A stretch of 34,918 nucleotides of DNA from Alphaproteobacteria bacterium (GTDB taxonomy: Bacteria; Pseudomonadota; Alphaproteobacteria; Rickettsiales; UBA1997). The position numbers were made by a program, and so were the translations under genes. The DNA lies in assembly GCA_046081665.1 (NCBI GenBank), contig JBJTWJ010000131.1:1-34918 (forward strand), in the 5' to 3' direction. The notes under the pieces are model-generated. The model did no database searches. It worked only from the letters and a program-made list of their open reading frames with translations, and was not told where the DNA came from. Positions 10,528 to 19,527 of this stretch are shown in pieces (position 1 is the first letter of the stretch; the number at the start of each line of letters is the position of its first letter).

Positions 10528-11280
10528 ATGAATAACTTAGCTTATTTTAACAACAGAGAGTTTCTTGAAAAAGAAAATATTTTCTTGAAAAAACATAATT
10601 TAGTTAAAGTCATCAGAAGTGATGATTTACTAATTGAGGTTCCTTACAGCACTGCTAATAATTTTTGTCATTGTCAGATTTACAGTCATCCTTTCATTTA
10701 TCTGCACCACGATGCTTATAAAAATTTACAAAAAGTTGTTGTTGAAGCCAAAAAACTGGCTTTGAAAATTAAAATTTGGGATGGTTTTCGCCCTTATGAA
10801 GCTCAGTCTTTTATGGCTGATAAATATCCACAAATGGTTGAAGATGGCTATGTCTCTCATCCTCAAAATGGTATTGCTACTCATGTTCGTGGAATTGCTA
10901 TTGATTTAACATTATGCGATCAAAATAATAATGAACTTGATATGGGAACTTATTTCGATGAAATGACTGAAAAATCTCATCATAACACCACTGATCTCAG
11001 TGAACTTCAGAAACAAAATCGCCAAATTTTAATTGACCTTATGACTAAAAAAGCTGATTTTGAATTATATGACAATGAATGGTGGCATTACAATTTAAAA
11101 ATTTTTCAACGCGATGATAACAATGAAATAATTGGGGCAATAAATACTCAAGATAAAATTTATCCAAAAATTACTGAACCTTTTAACGAACTTTTATCTA
11201 AAGAGGTTCAAGAGTTTTATGCTATTTTTTCAAAAAATTATCACCCCAATAAACAATCAGTTTTTAAAAGAAAATTTTAA
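10528..11280 (+). CDS. ddpX: D-alanyl-D-alanine dipeptidase (VanX/DdpX, peptidase M15D), long paralogue
   Basis: IWDGFRPYEAQ, the zinc-ligand motif THVRGIAIDLTL, ELDMGTYFDEMTEKSHH and the catalytic EWWHY are all present. It also has a ~65-aa C-terminal extension with no recognisable motif. Confidence 0.8.
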   Translation: MNNLAYFNNREFLEKENIFLKKHNLVKVIRSDDLLIEVPYSTANNFCHCQIYSHPFIYLHHDAYKNLQKVVVEAKKLALKIKIWDGFRPYEAQSFMADKYPQMVEDGYVSHPQNGIATHVRGIAIDLTLCDQNNNELDMGTYFDEMTEKSHHNTTDLSELQKQNRQILIDLMTKKADFELYDNEWWHYNLKIFQRDDNNEIIGAINTQDKIYPKITEPFNELLSKEVQEFYAIFSKNYHPNKQSVFKRKF

Positions 11281-11353
11281 AAGATTTTTTTAGAGGCAAT
11301 TTTTTAAAAATATTTTAAATAGAACCAAATCAAAATTTTAAAAAAAATTTACA

Positions 11354-11893
11354 ATGCTTGAAAAAATAAATAGCCAAGAATTAGAGTTAATAATTGATCT
11401 AAGATATTTTGGAACAAACAATATTTGTCAACAAAAATTATATGACCAAGACTATGCAATGCTTCACCCACAAGCTTATGAAAAACTTAAAATTGCTAGT
11501 AAAATTGCTCGTAGTCAAAATTTAAAATTAAAAATCTGGGATGCTTATCGCCCAGTTAAAATCCAACAATTTTTTGTTGATTTTTTTGCAAATGATTTGG
11601 CAAAAAAAAATTTTTTTTCAGATCCTGCGACTGGCTCAATTCCTCACTGTCGAGGCATAGCCGTTGATTTAACCTTAGTTGACAACAACAACCAAGAATT
11701 AGATATGGCTAGTGATTTTGATGAGTTATCGCAATTAGCCCATCATAATTGTTTAACAATTTCTAAGCAAGCTCAGCATAATCGGCTTTTGCTTTTGGGA
11801 ATCATGACTGCAAGTGGTTTTGATTTTTATCAAAAAGAATGGTGGCATTATCAACTCTTTAATCCCCGAGATTATCAGATAATTAAACTTTGA
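11354..11893 (+). CDS. ddpX: D-alanyl-D-alanine dipeptidase (VanX/DdpX, peptidase M15D), short paralogue
   Basis: IWDAYRPVKIQ, PHCRGIAVDLTL, ELDMASDFDELSQLAHH, NRLLLLGIMTASGF and EWWHY give the same motif order as the upstream gene. Confidence 0.85.
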   Translation: MLEKINSQELELIIDLRYFGTNNICQQKLYDQDYAMLHPQAYEKLKIASKIARSQNLKLKIWDAYRPVKIQQFFVDFFANDLAKKNFFSDPATGSIPHCRGIAVDLTLVDNNNQELDMASDFDELSQLAHHNCLTISKQAQHNRLLLLGIMTASGFDFYQKEWWHYQLFNPRDYQIIKL

Positions 11894-12018
11894 TAGTTTG
11901 TCCTTTCAAAAATTTAAGTTTTCTTAGTTTAATTTTTAAAAAAATTTTATGTCTAGTTGATTTTAAATTTAAAATAACTAAATTTATAAAAAATATTTTT
12001 TAAAAAAACCTCTTACCC

Positions 12019-13896
12019 ATGCAAAGATTACAACAAAAAAAACCTAATAATGGCAAAAATTTTTTCTTGTGGTTGCTGATTTTTATTGCAATCATGGCAT
12101 TTTCTAATCTGCTGTCTAGCCCAGAAAACATGACTTCTAACAAGTTAAATTTTACTGACTTTATTGTTAAAGTTGAAAATCACGAGGTTAGCAAAGTTGA
12201 CATTAAAGGTGATGATTTAATTGGAACTTTAAATGATGGAACGCAGTTTTATACCTTCCTGCCCCATTACCCAAACTTAATCGACAAGCTCAAAGAAAAT
12301 AATGTTACAATCAATGCCATTCCTTTGGTAAGTAAAAGTGAAAAACTTATTGCTGGCTTGCTCAATTGGCTTCCGCTCTTAGTAATGATTGGCTTGTGGA
12401 TTTTCTTTGCCAAAAGTGCAAGTGGCAAAGGAGCTGGAGGAGCATTTGGTTTTGGCAAATCTCGTGCCAAATTACTTCAAGAAAACAAAAATAAAGTTAC
12501 CTTTACCGACGTTGCAGGAATTGACGAAGCCAAACAAGAGCTTAGCGAAATTGTTGACTTTCTCAAAGATTCAAAAAAATATACCGATGTTGGGGCAAAA
12601 ATTCCGCGTGGATGCTTGTTAATTGGTTCCCCAGGAACTGGTAAAACCCTTCTAGCTAGAGCAATTGCTGGTGAAGCAGGAGTGCCATTTTTTTCAATTT
12701 CTGGTTCAGATTTTGTTGAAATGTTCGTTGGGGTTGGGGCAAGCAGAGTTAGAGATATGTTTGAGCAAGCAAAAAAATCTGCACCTTGTATTGTTTTTAT
12801 CGATGAAATTGATGCGGTGGGCAGACATCGTGGATCTGGTGTAGGTGGAGGAAATGATGAACGCGAACAAACCCTTAATCAACTTCTCGTTGAAATGGAT
12901 GGCTTTTCGGATAATGAAGGTGTGGTGATTATTGCTGCTACAAATCGACCAGATGTTTTAGATCGCGCTTTGCTTCGCCCTGGAAGGTTTGATCGCCAAA
13001 TCACCGTTCCTAATCCTGACATCGTTGGCAGAGAACAAATCCTAGCAGTGCATGTTAAAAAAATTACCGTGGCTAGCGATGTTGACATCAAAACAATTGC
13101 CCGAGGAACTCCAGGTTTTGCTGGGGCAGATCTTGCCAACTTAATTAATGAAGGGGCAATTATGGCTGCTCGCTTTAATCAAAAAATGGTGACCATGAAA
13201 AATCTCGAAGATGCTAAAGATAAAATTATGATGGGAACTGAACGCAAATCAATGATTATGCAACAAAGTGAAAAAGAACTCACCGCTTATCACGAAGCTG
13301 GTCATGCCATCACTGCAATCAATTCGCCAAATTCTGATCCAATTCATAAAGCAACTATTATTCCCAGAGGCAGAGCTCTAGGCTTAGTGATGCGCTTACC
13401 TGAAGTTGATCGCTTTTCAGTTACTCGTGCCAAATTACTTGATGACCTAGTTGTTGCCATGGGAGGAAGAGCAGCTGAAGAAATAATTTTTGGTTATGAA
13501 AAAGTTACCACTGGCGCATCTTCGGATATTCAACAAGCTACTCACATGGCTCGAAACATGGTTACAAAATGGGGATTGAGTGATACAATTGGAACTATTG
13601 ATCACGCTGAAGATGATAGTTCGAAAATTTATCACAGTAACAAACCATATTCCGAAGAGACTGGCAAAATTATTGATCAAGAAATTAAAAAAATTGTTGA
13701 TGATGCTCTTAACAAAGCCAAAAAAATTCTTCTTGATAAAAAAAATGATCTTGAAAAATTAGCAAAAAATCTTTTGGAATTTGAAACTCTTAGCGGTGAA
13801 GAAATCAAAGATTTATTGGCAGATAAAGAAATCAGAAAAAAATTAGTTAACGTAACAGGTTCGGGCTTTATTCCCAATGTTAGCGGTGATAATTGA
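12019..13896 (+). CDS. ftsH: ATP-dependent zinc metalloprotease FtsH
   Basis: Two N-terminal TM segments, Walker A GSPGTGKT, Walker [10 protein letters not shown], the SRH region [20 protein letters not shown] and the zinc motif HEAGHA. Confidence 0.97.
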   Translation: MQRLQQKKPNNGKNFFLWLLIFIAIMAFSNLLSSPENMTSNKLNFTDFIVKVENHEVSKVDIKGDDLIGTLNDGTQFYTFLPHYPNLIDKLKENNVTINAIPLVSKSEKLIAGLLNWLPLLVMIGLWIFFAKSASGKGAGGAFGFGKSRAKLLQENKNKVTFTDVAGIDEAKQELSEIVDFLKDSKKYTDVGAKIPRGCLLIGSPGTGKTLLARAIAGEAGVPFFSISGSDFVEMFVGVGASRVRDMFEQAKKSAPCIVFIDEIDAVGRHRGSGVGGGNDEREQTLNQLLVEMDGFSDNEGVVIIAATNRPDVLDRALLRPGRFDRQITVPNPDIVGREQILAVHVKKITVASDVDIKTIARGTPGFAGADLANLINEGAIMAARFNQKMVTMKNLEDAKDKIMMGTERKSMIMQQSEKELTAYHEAGHAITAINSPNSDPIHKATIIPRGRALGLVMRLPEVDRFSVTRAKLLDDLVVAMGGRAAEEIIFGYEKVTTGASSDIQQATHMARNMVTKWGLSDTIGTIDHAEDDSSKIYHSNKPYSEETGKIIDQEIKKIVDDALNKAKKILLDKKNDLEKLAKNLLEFETLSGEEIKDLLADKEIRKKLVNVTGSGFIPNVSGDN

Positions 13897-14025
13897 TTTG
13901 CAAAATCAGTTGATTAATTTTAAAAAATTTTTAAATATTTTTAACAATAATAAATAACTTTGTTTTATTAAAAATAACATTTAAAATAATTTAACCACAA
14001 CAAATAAAAATTAAAAAAATATTTT

Positions 14026-15126
14026 ATGCAATTTGAAGTTCAAAAAAATACCTTGTTAAAAGCGCTTGCAGATGTCAATGGTGCAGTTGAAAAAAAGAAT
14101 ACTATTTCTGTTTTACAAAATATTAAAATTGATGCCAAGCAAGGTAAAATCAATCTTTATGCCACTGATATGGACATTTTAGTGCATTCAAGTTTTGATT
14201 GTCAGATTACTAAAGAAGGGTCAACAACTGTTCCAGCGCAAATGTTCTTCGACATTGTTCGCAAAATTCCCGATACCATAGTTAACATAACCCAAGAAAG
14301 CGAGACAATTCTGCATCTGAAAGCTGGAAAATCAAAATATAATTTACCATGCATTGATGCCAATGAATTCCCAAATCTCAGCGAAGGGGAATTAAGTGAA
14401 GAATATGAAATTGATGGAGCAAAATTTTCGCGAATGATTGATAAAACTCGCTTTGCAATATCAAATGACGAAACTCGTTATTATTTAAATGGCTTGTTTG
14501 TTCAAGCAATTAAAAATGATGAAATTAACGAACTTAGATGCGTTGCAACTGATGGTCATCGCCTTGCCCTTGCTACTTGCTCAACACAAATAAACCAAAA
14601 TTTTGGCGTTATAATCCCTAAAAAATCAGTGAATGAAATTCGCAGAATTATTGATGGTTGCGAAAAAATTAAAATCCAAGTTTCACGAGTTAAAATCAAG
14701 GTAATCGCTGGCAATACTATGCTCATTTCAAAATTAATTGATGGCGAATTTCCAGATTATGATAAAGTTTTGCCAAAAAATAATCCCCATCCTATTAAGC
14801 TTAGTAAAAAGAATTTCTTTGATTCAATAGATCGTGTTTCTACGGTTGCCAATGACAAACATCGCTCACTTAAATTAGCCATTGAAACTGGCAAAATTAA
14901 TTTACAAGTTAGCACTAACGAAGGGTCATTTGCTCATGAAGAAATTGATATTGAATACAATAATGACAAAATTGAAACTGGATTTAATTCGCGTTATCTT
15001 CTTGAAGTAATTGGTCAAGTCGATAAGGAAGAATTAACAATTCATTTCAAAGATGCCTTTTCCCCTGCTCTAGTTGAGGCCAAGGAATTAGGAGCGGTTT
15101 ATGTAATTATGCCAATTAGAATTTAA
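14026..15126 (+). CDS. dnaN: DNA polymerase III beta sliding clamp
   Basis: 366 aa with typical DnaN features: MQFEV.K..L, LSNDETRYYLNGLF, ATDGHRLA, LIDGEFPDY and a C-terminal VIMPIRI. Confidence 0.95.
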   Translation: MQFEVQKNTLLKALADVNGAVEKKNTISVLQNIKIDAKQGKINLYATDMDILVHSSFDCQITKEGSTTVPAQMFFDIVRKIPDTIVNITQESETILHLKAGKSKYNLPCIDANEFPNLSEGELSEEYEIDGAKFSRMIDKTRFAISNDETRYYLNGLFVQAIKNDEINELRCVATDGHRLALATCSTQINQNFGVIIPKKSVNEIRRIIDGCEKIKIQVSRVKIKVIAGNTMLISKLIDGEFPDYDKVLPKNNPHPIKLSKKNFFDSIDRVSTVANDKHRSLKLAIETGKINLQVSTNEGSFAHEEIDIEYNNDKIETGFNSRYLLEVIGQVDKEELTIHFKDAFSPALVEAKELGAVYVIMPIRI

Positions 15127-15138
15127 GATAAATCAAAA

Positions 15139-16251
15139 TTGTTAAACACTTCAACCATCAACAAATTAGTTCTTAAAAATTTTCGTAATTTCATCGCTCA
15201 AAAATTTATTTTTGAACAAAAAATAATCCTCTTTACCGGTATCAATGGCTCAGGCAAAACTAATTTATTGGAAAGTCTTAGTTTGCTTGGCAGAAATCAG
15301 GGTTTGAGGGGTGCAGAATTTGACGAAATGCTCAACAACCAAAGCCAACAATTTAGCATATTTGCTGAGCTGGAAAATAGTGATTATATTGAAAATATCG
15401 CCATAAGCTTTGAACAAAATATCAAGAAAAAAAATCTTGAAATTAACGGTCAAGCTCTATCAAGTAAAAGACAGGATTTAAAAAATTATCTACCCAACTT
15501 TATATTTTTAACTCCGCAACTTGAGCAATTATTTATCTCTGGTAAATCAAATCGCAGAGACTATCTTGATCGTATTGTCAGTGACATTGATTTGCTTCAT
15601 CAAACTCGACTTAATGATTACCAAAAACTCCTCAAAGAACGCTTAGCAATTTTACAAAAATATCAATTGCAAAGCTCAGCTAATAAATGGCTTGAGGCAA
15701 TTGAGGCAAAAATCGTTGAAAGCGGAATTGCCATAGCTTCAGCTCGAATTGAAGCTTTAGAATTTTTTAATAAAGCAATTAAAACTTTTAATTCAAATTT
15801 TCCACAAACAACTCTTAAGGTGATTGGCGAAATTGAAAATATTGTTATGAAGCAAAGTTCTTTACAAATAGAAAGTTTTTATCATCAAAAATTAATTGAA
15901 AATCGGCAAATTGATCTACAAAATTTTAAAACAAATTTTGGAATACATCGTGGTGATTTTTCAGCAATTTTTGATAAAAAAAATATTTGCGCTACCAAAT
16001 CCTCAACAGGTGAACAAAAAGCCATAATGACTGCAATTACTATTGCGAGAGCTAAAATTTCTGCCCAATATCGCAATCAATCAACTATGTTAATTTTTGA
16101 TGAAATAGTTTCTCATCTTGACGATAAAAGAAAAGTTGATTTACTTGAAGAAATAAAGGATACTAACTTGCAAAGCTTTTTTAGTGCTACTGATTTAGAG
16201 CTAATTCCTCAAGACTTTAAAACAAAGCTATTGGCAATAAACATAACTTGA
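15139..16251 (+). CDS. recF: DNA replication and repair protein RecF
   Basis: LVLKNFRNF, Walker A GINGSGKTNLLE, the SMC-like signature SSTGEQK and Walker B LIFDEI. The only in-frame start is TTG at 15139, 13 nt after the dnaN stop. Confidence 0.9.
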   Translation: MLNTSTINKLVLKNFRNFIAQKFIFEQKIILFTGINGSGKTNLLESLSLLGRNQGLRGAEFDEMLNNQSQQFSIFAELENSDYIENIAISFEQNIKKKNLEINGQALSSKRQDLKNYLPNFIFLTPQLEQLFISGKSNRRDYLDRIVSDIDLLHQTRLNDYQKLLKERLAILQKYQLQSSANKWLEAIEAKIVESGIAIASARIEALEFFNKAIKTFNSNFPQTTLKVIGEIENIVMKQSSLQIESFYHQKLIENRQIDLQNFKTNFGIHRGDFSAIFDKKNICATKSSTGEQKAIMTAITIARAKISAQYRNQSTMLIFDEIVSHLDDKRKVDLLEEIKDTNLQSFFSATDLELIPQDFKTKLLAINIT

Positions 16252-16258
16252 ACAAATT

Positions 16259-17158
16259 ATGAAAAAAATTTTAGTTATAGGTAGTGGAGCGATTGGCTGT
16301 TTTTTTGCCTCTAAAATTGCCGATAAAACCGATTTAACTATGTTATGGCGTAATGATTATCAGCATGTCATTGATCATGGAATTAAAATTATTAGCGACC
16401 GCAAGGAAACAATTTTTTTTCCAAAAATTATTAACAATTTAAAAGACTATCAAGAACAATGCGATTATGCAATAATCGCTACCAAGGTCTTGCCATCAAT
16501 AGATCTTATCGCAATAATCAAGGAACTTAAGCATCTTCCCAAAAATATTGTATTAATTCAAAATGGCATTCATATTGAAAAAGAAATTTATAAAAATTTT
16601 CCACAATGTTCACTGATTAGTGCATTGGCATTTATCGCAGTTAGTAAAGTTTCATGTGGGGTTTTTGAACACTTCGCTTATGGTAGATTAACCTTAGGCA
16701 ATTTTCCATCAGGTATAAATCAAGACTGCCTTGATCTAATCGCTTTATTTAAAGCTAATAATCTTGAGGCAAAAGCTAGCGAAAAAATTGAAGAAGATCG
16801 TTGGAAAAAATTAGTTTGGAATGCTTCTTTCAATCCGGTTTCAGTTTTAACAGGTGGATGTGATACCAAAAAACTGCTCGACAATAAAAATTGCAAAGAT
16901 TTGTTGCAAAAAATTATGAAGGAAATTATAGAATTAGCATGCCAAGATGGCTATAATCTTAGCAATGATTTAGTTAACAAAAATATTGAGGATACTTTGG
17001 TAATGCGTCCATATAAAACCAGTATGCTTTTAGATTTCGAAGCAAACAGACCAATGGAAGTTGAGGCAATTGTTGGTAATGCCTTAAATTTTGCCAAAAG
17101 TAAATCAATTTCAACCCCATATCTTTCATCAGTTTATGCCTTACTCTCTTGCTATTAG
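16259..17158 (+). CDS. panE: 2-dehydropantoate 2-reductase family (ApbA/PanE) oxidoreductase
   Basis: Rossmann N-terminus ILVIGSGAIGCFFA, VLIQNG, RWKKLVWNASFNPVSVLTG and TSMLLDFEANRPMEVEAIVG. Confidence 0.75.
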   Translation: MKKILVIGSGAIGCFFASKIADKTDLTMLWRNDYQHVIDHGIKIISDRKETIFFPKIINNLKDYQEQCDYAIIATKVLPSIDLIAIIKELKHLPKNIVLIQNGIHIEKEIYKNFPQCSLISALAFIAVSKVSCGVFEHFAYGRLTLGNFPSGINQDCLDLIALFKANNLEAKASEKIEEDRWKKLVWNASFNPVSVLTGGCDTKKLLDNKNCKDLLQKIMKEIIELACQDGYNLSNDLVNKNIEDTLVMRPYKTSMLLDFEANRPMEVEAIVGNALNFAKSKSISTPYLSSVYALLSCY

Positions 17159-18662
17159 ACTTTCAATAATTTTTAGTTTGTTTTTCAATGTTACTCTTGC
17201 TAAAGCTTTTGCTCAAGATAGCTCTGCTAACAATGCAATTAATTCTAAAAATCCGTCGACAATTAAACAAGCTAGTCCAATTTTAAAAAGCGAATCAGCT
17301 TCAACTAAATCAGCTTCACCAATTGTTAGTCCTGCAATTAAAAGCCCAGCAATTCCTTCAAAAATTGCCAGTCCTGTTAATTCAGTTCCTTCACCAAGCT
17401 CAAATACTATCCCTAACCCTATTCCTAACCCAAATCCTAACCCTAACCTAAATCCTAATCCTACAAATAATCAAGGATCTAACAACAATCCCTTTAAAAC
17501 TCAAAGCCCAGCCAGTAATACTGCACCAAATCAAAATCCTAGCACTTCTCCTTCAGCTCAAACAACTCAAGCTTCGTTAAATAATTCTTCAACGGTTGAT
17601 AATAATTCTAGTAATTCAAATCCAAATCAAGCAAATCCAACAGAAAATAAATTAAACAATAATAATCAATCACCAACAACAGTAAATAATGAATCTTCTG
17701 CAAATCCAATTGACGCCAATAATCCTAAAATTGTTAAAAAACCAACCAAGAAAAAAAATAAAAAAACTCCAACTAAACCCAAAAAAAAGCCTGAAATCAA
17801 AGAGGTAAGCAAACTACAATCACCGGAGATTGTAAAGAAAAATTTTATTACCGAATCAGGTAGAAATATTGCCAGTGATTATTTTTTACAAATAATTCCT
17901 AAAAAAAGTTGCGATAATTTAACTAATACCGAGTGTTTTCGTAGAGATCGTAAAAATGAAGAGCCCTATTTTCATAAAACACAAATTTCGATATTCAATA
18001 ATCGTATTTTAGCTGAACAATTCTTCAGCTCAACCAACCCCAATAAACGAATTTTTTTAAAAGTTAACAATGGTGATTATCAATTAAAAACAACCAATGA
18101 TAACCTAATATCTTTTACTGTAAAAAATGGCTTAGTAAGCGATTTAGTTCTAGTTTCAGGCAATCTTAATCGTGAGGTTATTATAGCTTCTAAATGCCAA
18201 CTTGCTGAAAAATATTATGGTTATTATCTTGCCCATAATCAACATCCCAAAATTAGCGAAACTAACTACTTTAGTAACAAAAATAATTTTAATGGCGTAA
18301 GAAATCTGGTTTTGTTTAGCAATATTGAAAATATTGACGATTTAACTTTGCAAGACATCATGGCCGTAGAAATAGAGTCTTACAGCAACATCATAGCTGT
18401 AGAAAATCTTAATCTTTGCAAAAGACCAAAAAGCGATATTTTAGATGTTCGTCCAGTTAGCAAAATGGAATGTCGTAAACGTCAAGAATGCTTAATACTT
18501 CTCAACAGCAATCCAGACTTCAAAGATAAAATTATTGATGAATCTTGTTTAGGATATTTTGACAGCAAAAGAGAAGATTTTGTAACATGTTCTATGCAAG
18601 ATGATTGTGAAGATTATGCAATTATTAAAAATTGCGAAGTCAAGATGGTTGCAGGAGAATAA
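17136..18662 (+). CDS. Secreted orphan protein: signal peptide, Pro/Asn/Ser low-complexity region, Lys-rich block and Cys-containing C-terminal domain
   Basis: The ATG at 17136 gives MPYSLAIRLSIIFSLFFNVTLAKAFA/QDSS, a signal-peptide-like leader. The ORF-track start at 17091 is TTG inside panE. The protein contains a PNPIPNPNPNPNLNPNP repeat and KKPTKKKNKKTPTKPKKKPE. No family was recognised. Confidence 0.6.
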   Translation: MPYSLAIRLSIIFSLFFNVTLAKAFAQDSSANNAINSKNPSTIKQASPILKSESASTKSASPIVSPAIKSPAIPSKIASPVNSVPSPSSNTIPNPIPNPNPNPNLNPNPTNNQGSNNNPFKTQSPASNTAPNQNPSTSPSAQTTQASLNNSSTVDNNSSNSNPNQANPTENKLNNNNQSPTTVNNESSANPIDANNPKIVKKPTKKKNKKTPTKPKKKPEIKEVSKLQSPEIVKKNFITESGRNIASDYFLQIIPKKSCDNLTNTECFRRDRKNEEPYFHKTQISIFNNRILAEQFFSSTNPNKRIFLKVNNGDYQLKTTNDNLISFTVKNGLVSDLVLVSGNLNREVIIASKCQLAEKYYGYYLAHNQHPKISETNYFSNKNNFNGVRNLVLFSNIENIDDLTLQDIMAVEIESYSNIIAVENLNLCKRPKSDILDVRPVSKMECRKRQECLILLNSNPDFKDKIIDESCLGYFDSKREDFVTCSMQDDCEDYAIIKNCEVKMVAGE

Positions 18663-18730
18663 GGCAAGTTTAGTCAAATATCATTTCAATTTTGCAAATC
18701 TTTTTTTTGGGTAGTTAATTTTAAAAGAAA

Positions 18731-18900
18731 TCATGAGGGGTTAGATCGAGAATTTGACCCCCACGATTCATTAGGTTTAACTTCCGTTAAACCTAAGGAA
18801 TTCTCTCCCCCTCAAGGAGTGAGCTTACTGCCCCAGTTCTTTACGAGACACAAAAAATAATGTAGGGGTGCGAGACACATAACCCGAGGCCCATAACCCA
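18731..18900. other. G+C-rich structured island of unknown nature (candidate ncRNA or gene relic)
   Basis: About 46% G+C by hand count in a spacer that is otherwise extremely AT-rich. It contains a perfect hairpin ttaggtttaac-ttcc-gttaaacctaa (18771-18797), enclosed by tgagggg (18733-18739) / cccctca (18808-18814). There is a further pairing gcccc/ggggt and a duplicated cgagacaca word. Confidence 0.4.
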
Positions 18901-19308
18901 AGTTAATTGATCAGGTTTTAGAATTTAATACCAATTCAATCTTTAAAAAACCAAACTAAAATATTAACTTTCAAGAGAGAATTATAAAAAAACTTTTTTA
19001 AAAAAAATTTGTTGACTTTTGGAACAATTATAAAATGATTAAGTTAATGAAAGTTAGTCTAAATTATTTTTTCTATTTAAGATGATTAATTTTTAGAAAT
19101 TATTCTAATTTCTAATTTTAAAAAATACTTTCAAATAAAAATATTTAAATATCTGCAAAATAATACTCGAGATTGTCTTTGCTGGATTATCCCTGGGTCA
19201 TCGCCAGGGAGATATAGTGCTAATACCATTTAAACTTACAAATGAACCAATTAGGTATTTATAAATTAAGCTTTATCTTTTTGGCTAAAAATCTCTAAAA
19301 CCTAGTCA

Positions 19309-19389
19309 GTCGTGCTAACGGTAGCGACATGTTTAAATAGTCGTGCTAACGGTAGCGACATGTTTAAATAGTCGTGCTAACGCAACGAC
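19309..19389 (+). repeat. Tandem hairpin cassette inside element copy A
   Basis: The 31-nt unit gtcgtgctaacggtagcgacatgtttaaata occurs twice exactly (19309-19339 and 19340-19370). It is followed by a third hairpin, gtcgtgctaacgcaacgac (19371-19389). Confidence 0.85.
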
Positions 19390-19397
19390 AAGGCTTC

Positions 19398-19426
19398 AGC
19401 TGTATAGTTATACAGCTTCATTTTTT
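19398..19426 (+). terminator. Rho-independent terminator-like hairpin closing the hairpin cassette
   Basis: agctgtat-agtt-atacagct (19398-19417) is followed by tcatttttt (19418-19426). Confidence 0.6.
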
Positions 19427-19527
19427 AAAGATTTTTATCTTAAAAATATCTTGCTTAATTTATCATTTGTTAAGTTGAAATAGTATAACTTATAAAAAAA
19501 TTTATAAATTCTTAATTAATTATCCAT

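Larger units (their letters stand above)
19223..19486. mobile_element. MITE-like non-autonomous palindromic element, copy A (264 bp)
   Basis: The terminal inverted repeats are ataccatttaaacttacaaatga (19223-19245) and the reverse complement of 19463-19486 (atactatttcaacttaacaaatga), with about 21 of 24 positions matching. An inner shared taaattaagc is present. The ends are near-identical to those of copy B at 24696-24886. It has no coding capacity. Confidence 0.7.

Noticed and set aside
13897-14025. Replication origin upstream of dnaN.
   Set aside because: Only one DnaA-box-like 9-mer is present (ttaaccaca, 13991-13999, one mismatch to TTATCCACA) in a 129-bp spacer. There is no dnaA gene adjacent and no strand switch, because ftsH and dnaN are co-directional.
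18731-18900. The GC-rich island as tRNA, tmRNA (including the two-piece alphaproteobacterial form), RNase P RNA, SRP RNA or 5S rRNA.
   Set aside because: No T-arm GGTTCGA-type sequence, no CCA-ending acceptor, no tag-like reading frame ending in Ala-Ala-stop, and no GGAAAGTCCGGGC, GGAAGGAAGCAGC or 5S helix IV motifs on either strand. The identity is left open rather than forced.
19309-19389. Possible miniature CRISPR array (regularly spaced palindromic repeats), and likewise 24758-24837.
   Set aside because: There are only three ~20-nt repeats. The spacers are 10-11 nt and identical or near-identical to each other (atgtttaaata, ttttaaaaat). No cas genes are present, and the arrays are nested inside inverted-repeat elements. 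They are hairpin cassettes, not CRISPR.
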